DNA of 64,000 nucleotides, taken from the NCBI RefSeq assembly GCF_001194135.2, contig NC_068981.1, positions 33,356,375 to 33,420,374 on the forward strand, in the 5' to 3' direction. Each line of letters starts with the position of its first letter. Position 1 is the first letter of the stretch. The stretch is from Octopus bimaculoides (Eukaryota). Made by a program: the position numbers and the translations under genes. This document shows positions 35,801 through 47,765 of this stretch, in pieces. Below the pieces are notes generated by a model. It saw nothing but the letters and a program-made list of their open reading frames with translations, did not search any database and was not told the DNA's origin.

Positions 35801-38649
35801 AAACAAAAAAGAAAAGAAAAATAACAAAGAAAATAAAGTGTCATTGTCTTTGATTCTCTTTCTTACCCTATCCAAATCAATTTTCTCTTTTAGACTCCAG
35901 CTGCACAGATATGGTAATAGCAGATAAATATACATTTACTGTTCATGTCTCACAGCTGTATAGAATAGCATTATTTGACAGATGTATATTATATAACATA
36001 TCTTTCATATAACAGAACTAATTTTCTGTCATAAAAGTAAGTAGATTTCTTAATTTCTCACATCTGTTTGAGACCCAGGTTATTGATCACTGTTAGATTT
36101 CCCCCATATTATTGATTATGAACCCTAAGTAAGAGAATTGTGCCTACTCTTAGCATTTCCTTGTTACAAAATATTTTTGAAGAACATCTCCATATAAAAT
36201 CTCGACTGCCAGAACAGCTAATGCACTGGAAGTGCAAGATTCTTGACAGAGAGCCAAAAATAACTTTACTGGCTACAATACTTAGACAATATTCAATGGT
36301 TCCCTATAACTTATACACACAAAATCAGTTTGTCTTAGCTAATTAACACAATAAAATATTGACCTTAAACTTCACATTTTCAACTCTTTCTTAATATGTT
36401 TTCTCTTCAATTTAAAAACAATAATTATTGGAAATTTTTCAAGTTTTATGTAATAATTGTAATAAAATTTTTTTTAAATGTTTTAAAAATTCATTGGAGA
36501 TTTTCTGTGACAGAAAAGCTGTTACGAAAAAAAAAAAAAAATCAGCCTTTAGAAGCCACTTTTATATTTACCATTAAATTTCAAGTTCATATTGTATGTT
36601 AAACCAGCTTTAAAATGTATTTGGACAATCTGACAAGTAAATGTTAAATAGGAGCAAGTGAGCATGAAAAGCAAACAGTATTGATTTCTTTTGACTAGGC
36701 ACAAAGCCAATTTGTAGAGGAGAAGGATGATAGTCAATAATTGACCACATCTTATTTTATCAACATTCCATAACATGAAAGACAAACTTGATCCCAACAA
36801 AATTTAAATACAGAAATATAAGGGCCTAAAATAAATATCTTAAAGCATTTTATTTGTCTTTTGTTCTTTAGCTGTCTATCTATCTCTCTCTATTTATCAA
36901 TCTATCTGTCTCAAGTACACAGGAATATATTGGCTGGCAGTTCCGAAGGACACTCAAACACAAATGAAGACACGAAAGTAGTGTAATTATAAGACTACAA
37001 TTAAAGACTCTAATAATCTAGGCTACATGGTCCAGTTGAGAGTATACAATTGAAGAGTGTAATTGAAAAATGTTGACAATTCAAGTTTTAATATTTTCTA
37101 TCTATGTTTTTATTCATTTATTTTTTTTACAAAATATTTATAAACAAAAAAACTTTTTGTTTACATCTTTATCTTTTTTATTATCCATTATATGTTTTTC
37201 TGTTTTACACTGCATTATTTTGAAAAGCAAACCGTATTTCTAACTTAACATAGACATACTAAAGAAAGCCACAAAACTGCAGTATTTGTATGGTTCCTGT
37301 ATAGACATATAGTGCTAAAAAGCAGAAATAAAATTCCATCAGCAGTTGTGGAATTACTAAATCATGATTTCTGTCTTTGCCCATCATCAGTAGCAAATAT
37401 CCACTATCAGTCACCTACTCAGATAAATTTAGCCTCTACTGATATAGAAAAACAGTGATTAACAAATAATTAATGTTGCAAATAACTGGAAGGCTGTGTA
37501 AAGATTTGTAATTAATGACAGAAGCAGTATTGGTTCAAAATAATGTCCTGTACAACTTTGTAGTGTTTACATTATAACTGTAGCAATAAATCCCTCATGC
37601 AACAGATGACATTTTAGTGTTTCACAATTTTTTAGCAATTTATTTGGACCAATCAGAACCTAGGCACTTTGCAGGCACTTTGGCTATATGCAATCTAACT
37701 CAAGACCCCCACTTTCTCACTCTCTTATCTCTTTGGTTTCACCTTAATACTACACAGTATACAAGTATACAACAACAATGCATTTTCTTTGAACAGAACC
37801 ACCATCAAAACTTCTCTCTCCTTCACTCAGCACCCAGCAACCACAAATAAGTTGTTCTTGTTCCTCCTTCAAAGACGACACATTACAAAGCAGAAACAGA
37901 ATTCTATTCTCTGTTCGTTAACTTCAAAACAAAGAACGTTTTTAGTTGAACAAAACTCAAAACATCAAATGATTGTATCTCTTTCCATCAGGTCACATAT
38001 GTTAATAGCACTATTTACAACATGTTAATTATTCAATTTACTTGTACAAACATAAATATATGCATAATATTTTCCCTACAAACACACTTGTGTAAACTTA
38101 GCTTTTATTAATGTTGTATGTTGAAACTTAGTATTTTCAATGTATGCATAACTAATACAAAGCTATATTTCATGACCTTTGCAAGAACATGTGCTGTTTG
38201 ACTACTTTGAAGAGGTCTATCTTCAGGTGGTACAGGGAAAATAAAGGAAAATTGATATATGTAATTTTACGCTACAACGGTTTATATCCTTATTTTATAT
38301 ATGAATAATAAATTATTATTTCCCTGTTATTTTATCTCTTTAATATCGTTGTTTATTTCCTTTTCATTACATATGTTACTTTTGTGTAATAAACAGAAAG
38401 GTTCTTAACCCTTTACATTTTATCTTAAAGTATGTACTATGTAGCAGATGATATGAAAAGAATGAAATAAGTGATGTAAAGATAGAGTTGAAAACATTTA
38501 TAAAAACTTGAAAAAACTTTACAATTTATGATTTTTTTAATAATAAAAGTTGATACAATTTATTGGCTGATAAACAAAGATATATGTGCATGTGTGTATT
38601 ATATATACATATATATGTGTGTGTATGTGATTGTATATTATATCACTGT

Positions 38650-39225
38650 GAAGGCACATGGTTTAGTGGTTAATTGTTGCACTAATGATTGTGAGATTAT
38701 GGTTTCAATTCCCGCACCAGGCATTGCACTGTGTTCTTGAGCAAAACACTTCATCTCTGTGATCATTTCGTCATCTGACATGTGGTACATCATGTACCTG
38801 TACAGTTAATGTTGCTTTGATGGAGGGAGTGAGCTTATGTATACACAAACATTTGATCACACAAAACAAATTATCTGTGTGGTTGCTCAGCAAGAATTTG
38901 CATAGCACTCACACATCATCTAACAACAAACAAGGACAGACAAAGGGATTAAGTCGATTACATCGACCCCAGTGCGTAACTGGTACTTCACTCGGCATGC
39001 TAATGGTTCTGTCAGCTTGTCACCTTAGGCAGGCCAATATTCCCACTGAACAGAATGCCAGTGTGTCACTGGGTTACCAATTTACATTTGAGTGAACTGG
39101 AACAACATGAAATGAAGTGTTTTGCTCCAGAACACAATGTACTGCTGATCTGAGAAATAAAAACTACAATTTAGCAATCTGGCAACTGTGAGTGTAACAC
39201 CCTACATACTAGGTTATGTGCCTTC

Positions 39226-39230
<5 letters not shown>
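38650..39230. mobile_element. Cluster: SINE C-type head (+), internally deleted SINE B (-), SINE C-type head (-)
   Basis: GAAGGCACATGGTTTAGTGG..GTGTTCTTGAGCAAAACACTTCAT at 38650-38755 and its inverse ATGAAGTGTTTTGCTCCAGAACAC..ACTAGGTTATGTGCCTTC at 39110-39225. Confidence 0.7.
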
Positions 39231-39271
<41 letters not shown>

Positions 39272-39879
39272 CACACATATATACACACACATACATATAT
39301 CATAGAACATTTTTTCCCATGAAATTTTCTCTCTTCAGCCAGTTAGAAACTACAGCCTGTTCTTATTTAAATCTCACCCACCATCTTAAAATGCATAGAT
39401 TTACAGAAAGAAATATTTAATAATGTAGTCTCAGATGCACTATGCCTGAAAAGAGATGAGCTGGTCTCAACTGGATCCCCTTTCATCGTGGATTTACACA
39501 ATCAGAGATGATGTAGAATTAAAAAACAGAATCAAAATATGTGCTCATAGATACATAAACATTATTCATTATTACACATCTTTTATGAATAAACACTATT
39601 TAAAAAAATCATTTTACTGTTAGAAAAGATTATTAACATTACATATATACATATAAAACTGTTTGAATTCCCTGACAAGTATTACACACACATACACACA
39701 CATTTCTATATGTACACTACAAGTATTATTTGTCAGGTACATGTACATATAAATGTATAACTTTGTATGTTTGTATACATATGTATATGTGTGCTTGCAT
39801 ATTTACATACCTACAGGAATCCAATATTTTGTTACCTAACAGACAGATAGAATCTGAGGTATAGACAAATGGCTTTTGA

Positions 39880-40927
39880 ACCCAGCTGAGGTTATGCATG
39901 TGAGTGCTATACCTTAAGCTAAAACTGACAATGAATGTAGTAAGGAATTTAGAATATATAGGATATACCAATACTCTGTGTTCAGCGTTGTTTCATTGTA
40001 GTGCTTGAAGCACTTACAGAGTTTTAGGCTGAATGCTATTGACAATTTCTATATATTGACATCACATCACATTTGTTAAAGAACTACAGAAAAGATTGCA
40101 AACCTAGAAGAATTGTCTGAAAAAATAAGACAATCACAGTCAGCATGACAAAAACCAAATTAGTGATTAATAACTGTGAACCAATTCCAATGAGCTTGCT
40201 CAATATGTAAAAAGGAGATTGATTGAAGCTCAGTACTGAGAAGTAAGTGGAAGTATGGGTGCATAAAAATTACAGAACAAGGACAGTTATAGACGAGGAC
40301 AGATGTGAAAAGTGTCAATCTCTAACTGTGGAGGGAACCTGTAGTAGAGGTAGACTCAGGAAGACTTGGGACAAGGTGGTGAAGCATGATCCTTGAACTT
40401 TAGTCCTCACAGAGGAAATGACTAGTGATCAAGACCTTTGATGATATTCTGTTTCGAGAAGACTTGTCAAGTCAAGTGAAATTGTAGTTACAGCTGTTGC
40501 TGGTGTCACATAACTGGCACATAAAAAAGCACCTTTCAAGCATTGGACCTCATGGAGGCAAAGTCTCCGATGCCAGTGGCATGTGAAAAGCTGCTTTCGA
40601 GTGTTGGGCCTCATGGAGGCAATGACGAATAACTGAGACCTTTGGCATTATGTTGTGCTTGAGAAGAAGACCCATCAGGCCAAGTAAAATCACAGTCCCG
40701 GCAGATACTGGTATCATGTAAATGGCACCCATGCCGGTGGCACATAAAAGCACCCATTACACTCTCAAGAGTGATTGGTGTTAGAAAGGGCATCCAGCCA
40801 TAGAAATCATGCCAAATCAGACCAGAGTCTGGTGCAGCCTGCCAGCTTGTCAGCCCTGGTCAAACCGTCCAACCCATGCCAGTATGGACAACGGACATTA
40901 AATGATGATGATGGTGATGATGATGAT
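39880..40927 (+). mobile_element. 5'-truncated RTE-clade LINE: RT remnant, ORF2 C-terminus and complete 3'UTR
   Basis: Decayed SVLS.LF.VVLEALTE and ELQKRLQT*KNCL segments; EGTCSRGRLRKTWDKVVKHD (40331-40390); then GGCACATAAAA modules and tail ending TTAAATGATGATG. Links the dispersed tail elements to an RTE ORF2. Confidence 0.85.
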
Positions 40928-43619
40928 GGATCTCAAGGAAACATATAGAACCCTAAGACTTTGGATGTTCCAGATGTAAAGGTGTAGTAACCAATCCAGA
41001 AAGTTAACAATATGGAATGTTTAAACAACAATCTCAGTGATATAAGTATTAATGGAGATATTCAAAGTAAAGGATAAAAGAGATGTAGAAGAAATTCATT
41101 GAGTTGTTACCTTTGCATGTAACAAAAGGATTCATCCAATGTCCAAAAGCAGACTTTATAAAGTATGTGTACAAAACACACTGCTAATGAGTGCTGGCAT
41201 AGCTGAGTAGTTAAGAAGCTCACTTTGCAATCAAGAGGTCTTGGTTCAATCCCACTGCATGACATCTCGGGCAAGTGTCTTTTAACATAATTTTGGATTA
41301 CACAAGCCTTGTGAATGAAACTGAGCAAGACCAGAATTATTAGGCATCATGTCATACTGGTTCTGCCTGAGGATTACATACAAGTACACATGATAAAATA
41401 CTCAGTTACATGATACAATGAATAGCTGATCAAATGACTGGAATAGTCATCATCAAAAGTGATTAAGGATCCATTAACTATCCTTTTTACTACATGGCAA
41501 TGGAACAGCAATGATAAATATGATTGATTTTGGAGAATATAATCCACTAGACATACAATATGGAGTGCAAATAAGATCAAAAGGCAGTTTACTATTAGCA
41601 CCTGTGTCTAGGAAAGATATCTATGTTATTACCATACTGTACTCAGAGAGGTTAGACTAATAAATGTTAAAAGTATAATGATCACATGCACACAAACACA
41701 CCTGAGCAGTAGAAAGAAAATCATTAGTTTCTATAAATAGATAATTAAAATATCATTCAATAAAAGAAAAGAGAATGTGTCTCTTTGAATCATCAATTAT
41801 TATTTAAATAAAATATGAATTAAACACTGTGGAAATTAAAAAAAAAAAAAAGGTATAATGTCAAATGCAATAAATATTAAAATAAAAATAACAGTACCAC
41901 AAGAATAAATACCAATGCATTTTAGGTTAGGATATAACAATTCCTTTTACAGATTTTTAAATAGGATTTGTTTCCTTCTTCTTATACAACTTCAGCTGAA
42001 AACAGATTCTCATGGCAGAAGAATTAAATACAAACTGTTTCTATCTGCAAATGGTTACAACATAGCTTCATATTTTTTTTGGTTAGCACCAATATTAGCA
42101 CTGAAGGAATAAATTGAATTCATTCAAAGTAAAAGTAGATTAATCCACTCAAAATCTATAAGATTTGATCGTTTAAAACGTTAACAAGTTGATATAGTTT
42201 TACAATAAAAAAAATTTTTTAGCTGATATAAAAGAAAAGCTTATTTCTTGTGACCTGAGAAAAGGGCATGCATAAATTATTTGGTTAATTTGCTATCCAA
42301 CAAAGAGTGTATTTGGCAAATATCAAAGTAACACAAAAAGCAAAGGGTTAAGGATACAATAGGGGAAAAAATGAAGGGGGAAGGAATGTTGTAAGCGAGA
42401 TTCAGATTTAGTATTTCAAAATTATAGAAAAAAATTAAAACATTTTCACTTCTAAAATAGATAAATATAATCCACACATATGCACACACGCTCATAACAT
42501 ACATCACTCACACAAACACTTATAAAAATACACAAGGCCATTGTAATTAGATTGCACTAACAGTTTGAACATCATTGGAGGTGGGAGAGTGAAATGGTTA
42601 GATAAGGTAAAAAAATGAACAACTATGGGATAGATGGGCTGTGCATGTGGCTTACCAATCCAAAATCTGGAAGATCCATCATTGCAAGTAAGACTTTCAA
42701 GCTACAAGAAGACATTGATAAATTCACAAATCATCTAGATTATCAGCAAAAGATAAAACAATTTCTTTTTATCACTATAAAACATGATACTATGATAAAT
42801 ATATTACATAAATTTCTTATGTCTACATGTTTGTTTTTTTCATAAAAGGTTTAAATTTATAGAGTAAGATTATAACACGTATTTATCTTAATATATTACT
42901 GGTATTTACATTGAATCTTAATGAAATGAAAGGCAGAGTTAACGTTTTCACCTCCACCCAACATGAAATTTGAAACTCAGAATTTAGCGATGTTACCAAC
43001 TTTGCCAATAAGGGAGACTCAATGTGACTACTTGACCTGCTGGAAATAACAACACTACTGTATAAAAATAAAGAAGAAGAATACATAGGACTATATACAA
43101 AAAAGACAAAAATGGTCATGGCTGGAATCCCTTTCATCATTGGTGGAATTCAGTAGCAAAGTTGTTACTAAATGTATTTTGTACACTTGTCCATCTTTAA
43201 AGAGAAAGTATATAAAGACTAAATATATGGTCGCAGAAAAGAGAATGAGAAAATGGAGCAGTAAAAGGGTAATAAAAAGTTATAAATGTGGGGAAATGGA
43301 GGGAAAAGGACTGAATGAGTAGTGTAAGAGATGGTGAGAGTTTATATTTCAGCAAAGATGAGGGTAAAAAATGTGGGGCTAAGTAGGAACAGGGTGAAAA
43401 AAATGAAAACAGATGAATTTGGTAGGGATTAATTTTTGCTGAAGCAGACCACCAATCGTCTCCTTGATCTCTGGGCTATACCTTATTAGCACGTTTACTG
43501 CAGAAATCAGATATGTCTATTCAAAATTTCATTACTATTAACTGCAGAAAGCAGTTTTATACACCAATTTATCTTTTGTTGAGGAATGTCATGTTTGAAA
43601 CTGTTCTATTGTGTTGGTT

Positions 43620-43990
43620 TCACATAAAAAGCACCCGTGCTAGTGCCTTGTAAAAAAGCACCCAGTACACTTTGTAACATGCTTGCTGTTAGGAAGGACA
43701 TCAAGATGTACAAACTAGGCCAAAACAGACAATTGTAGCCTGGTGCAGCTCTCCAGCTGGCCAGTGCCTGTCAGACCGTCCAACCCATACCAGCATGGAA
43801 AAACGATGTTAAATGATGATGATGTGTCAAGCTAATTGCGGTCACATAACTTGCAGAAAAAACAAATTCTACTTTTTGGTAGATACTTAACATCATCAGC
43901 ATTTAACATATGTTTTCCATGCTGTCATGGGTTGGATGGTTTGACAAGAGCTGGCAGAACTAGAGGACTGTGCCAAGTTCTATTGTCTGC
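43620..43990. mobile_element. Tail-to-tail inverted pair of RTE-type tails
   Basis: Plus copy ends ...CCAACCCATACCAGCATGGAAAAACGATGTTAAATGATGATG (43823); minus copy begins CATCATCAGCATTTAACATATGTTTTCCATGCTGTCATGGGTTGG (43891). Confidence 0.85.
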
Positions 43991-44472
43991 TTTGATTTTG
44001 TGTTTTTCTTAATAGCTTAATCAGGAGGAAAAGAAGTGCCCACAACTCTTTACAGGACTTACATGATGGATATGAAATGTTATCATACAGCCATTTTGGC
44101 ATCACCTATTTGGCATTGCTGATCCAATGCTGACTTATTCAACATCAGATGGTTTAATGGTTTATTCACTTTAACACATTAACCACCATGCGTACCATCA
44201 GTGGTTAATCGCAAACTTCACACAACTGCCATATGCACCACTGGTGGTACATTTTCGTAATTTGAGAAAATATTATATTTTGTATCTTTGTCATGGTTTT
44301 GAGGATATTTAAATAACATTAGTGTTAAATATTAAAGTTTAATTATGAAATATTGTAAAACTGCAAAAAAATTACATTTCCTTGTAATTAAACAATGTAG
44401 CACGACTGGAAATCTGTGGCTTCACTGGTAAGTTCCAAGAACAGGCCATGGTGGTTAACATGTTAATGTTTT

Positions 44473-44531
<59 letters not shown>

Positions 44532-44597
44532 CACACATACACACACACACTCTCTCTCTCTCTCACTCTCTCTCACTCTCTCTCTTTCTTTCTCTCT
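44473..44597. repeat. Compound (CT)n(CA)n(CT)n microsatellite
   Basis: Seen directly in sequence. Confidence 0.97.
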
Positions 44598-45789
44598 TTT
44601 ACTCCACATGTTTATATTTCTGACCATGTGCACATGAGTTCATGCATGTGTGAGTGCTTGTGTCAAGCACCAAAAAGTACAATCATTAAAACAGCCTGAA
44701 TGTTCAGTCAACTGTGACAAATCATCTGCATCCAAACAGCCATATCCAATCATCTCATTCCATTACAAGACTGGTGAATGAGAGGGAAAGAGGAAGAGAA
44801 AAAAGGCGGCTCAAACTAGCAACATGGCGTGAATATTTGCAATAGAGAGGATTCCGTTAAAAGCATCAAAGGTGCCACAGTGAGATTTGAACTCAGAATG
44901 CAAGGAGCTGAAATAAATACTGCAAAGCAAGTACCCTATCCAGCCCTAATCATTCTGTCAGTTCACAGCCCCAAACTATAACTTCATTTATCAACCCAGG
45001 AAGGTAATATTGAAATTAGCAGAATTTGAACTCAGAAAGCAAGAGACCAGAATAAATACTGTAAGACATTTTGTTGAAGTACTTAACTGGATATGACATA
45101 TAATGAGTTGACCTGGGGTTAAACAACAAGATTGTATTAAATTATGTCAACAAATGAAGTTAATAAATGATGAATAAGTATATATTTGCACGTAACTTAG
45201 TCTCCAATCTTTCCTTGTACTCTCTTCGCCAATTATGCCAGTTTCAAGTATTGATCAATAATTAGGAAAAGATCACACACACATACACACACACTGATTT
45301 TCTTTGATGCTCTAACCCCAAACTATCTTCATTTCATGCAACAACAATTTACAAGATGTGTGAAAATGTTTCATTTCCAACTACCTCAGTTTACTTCCAT
45401 TGATTTCTCCCATAGACATAAAGGATTCAGATTTATAAAGTGGAAGGAAAGGTATTTTGTAACATTGATACCTCCCCCACCTTTTTTTAAGTGCTTTAAG
45501 GATGTTTCCGAAATGAAATAGCAGCAACTAGAAATTTATACCAGGTCACAAACAAGACTAACCATCAGCTTAGCTCTAACACTGTAATTCATTATAGCTA
45601 ATGTTAATAAGGCACTCTAACTAGACCTTCCAGAAACAGTAGTTAAATATCCCTTAAATGATGCATTACAGCCATAAAAAAAGGAAGGATAAGCTGAATA
45701 ACAGATGAGTCAGTCACAGTTGGAATGCTTTTGATCATAGTTTTGCTTACTCAGAGTTCATATGGTGTTAAAGAACAACTTAATTTAGC

Positions 45790-46180
45790 AATATTGGTTT
45801 CAAATGTTAAATACATTGGTTTCACAAGACCATTAATTTTGCAAGAGTGGGTAAGTCAATTACACCAACCCCAGAGCTCAACTGATACCTATTTTGAAGA
45901 AATGCTACTAAGTATTTTGTCAGGCATGGTAACAATTCTGCCTTACTCAGTTTAGATATATTGGTTTCAAATTTTGGTACAAAGCCAGGAATTTCGTGAG
46001 AGTTGAGCACTGGGGGATGACATCGATCCCAGTGCTCAACTGGAACTTATTTTATTGACTGTGAATGGATGAAAAGCAAAGTCAACTGGCAGCATTTGAA
46101 CACAGAATGTAAAGTTGGAAGAAATGTTGTCAAGTAGTTTGTCTGACATGGTAATGATTCTGTCAGCTCGCCGCCTTACT
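45790..46180 (-). mobile_element. Tandem dimer of SINE B
   Basis: Two copies; CCTTACTCA(G/A)TTTAGATATATTG occurs after each (about 45942-45963 and 46174-46196). Confidence 0.75.
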
Positions 46181-47379
46181 CAATTTAGATATATTGATAA
46201 TATGGAGAACTTATAAAAGAATAATACGATGTAATATGCTACAAACAGTCATAAAAATAAATGAAACAAAAGACTCAATTTTAAAAAATTACAAACAAAC
46301 AAAGCACCATCATTTTTCAAACAAATTGCCAGCTATGAAATATAACAATGCAAAAATATGTTAATAGAAATCAATTTTTTTTTTAATGTTAACTTATATA
46401 ATGTGTTTCAATTGTTTAATTCACCATATTTTAATAAGAAATAAACACAAGAATGTCTTCCAATAAAGCTACATATTATATGATACAACATCATACATAG
46501 GAATGTAGAACAGCTAATATCTTTTGATTTACAGTATGCAAAAAATAAATAAATAACCTGGTTAAATTTAGTTACTCAATGAAAAATAGAGAACAACAAC
46601 AAAAATCTAATTAGTACTCAATTATAATAAATAACAATGGTGTTTTATCATGTTCAAAATGTGAAAAATAAATGGTATATAAATTATATAAAAAAAAAAA
46701 CAGAAATATTAGAAAACCATTGAATTGTCCTAAAAAATATCAGTGAAGTGTTTATTGCTGTATAATCATTTAGATGCTTTATTGGTGAACCCAACATCAA
46801 CTGTTTCATAAAAATGATGGTTGATGATCATAATAATAATGATGATGATGATGATGATTTGCTTAATATCTCAACTGTGGTATTTAAAAATAACACTTTA
46901 AATTAATGATTTATAACATATATATGGAAAACAAACTAAGTTTCAAATAAAATACTTATCAAAAGAATTTTTGAAGCAGAATGGTCTGTTTTATTGTTTT
47001 TGATGGTTTAGTCAGAGGAAGAAGAGCAGCCTTTGTGATCTAAGGCTCCTGAGATTGTTATGAAGAAAGTAGAAAGTTATCATCAGAGAAATTACCAGGC
47101 TTACCTGCTCTTAACATAGTGGACTCTTCTAAAAGGCACTCAAGAGCAGGCTAGGTGGTGCTGTCTAATCAGGTGCTGAATTAAATCTACCATCTCAGAA
47201 CTCATACAGTCCATCTGATGGGTTTTTGTAGTTTCCTTCCCTATAACCATGAATTCATCCTAATTATAGTTGTTTAATAGCCACCTCTGATTGAACAAAT
47301 TTCTGGTCAAATGCCTTCCAGCCATGACCACCCTATCTCTTTAGATAATGTATTTGGAACTACACCACAAGATCCAATC

Positions 47380-47765
47380 CTTGTTACAGTGTGGTGACTT
47401 GTGTGCCTTAGTGACTCTGACAGCTAATCCAGTAGATCACATGCTCCTGGTAGCACCTTCCTTGCTGGACAGGTCAAAGGATAGAGGCCAGATTAATATA
47501 GACCACAAATGTAAAAGTGGGTTTTTCACTCCTACCTAGTAAAAAAAAAAAGCAAAGTTACAGAAGCACTGATGACAATTCAAAACTAATAAGATCTGGG
47601 TGAAGAAGACTTTTCCTCGGGGAAACATAAGATGTGGTGCAGACAAATACAAAAAGAAGCAGAAGTCCAACTGGAGAGAAGCAGAAAAGGCAGCCTAATG
47701 CCAAGAACAGTGGAGAAAAGTCATTGATGGCCTATACTGCACAAGGAGTGAAGGGCTTAAGTAGA
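47380..47765 (+). mobile_element. Short RTE derivative: putative 5'UTR joined to ORF2 C-terminus
   Basis: 3' part translates KSNWREAEKAA*CQEQWRKVIDGLYCTRSEGLK*, typical of an RTE ORF2 end. 5' part GGTGACTTGTGTGCC..TGACTCTGA..GGACAGGTCAAAGG..CCAGA resembles RTE 5' leaders (from recall, not searched). Confidence 0.55.
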
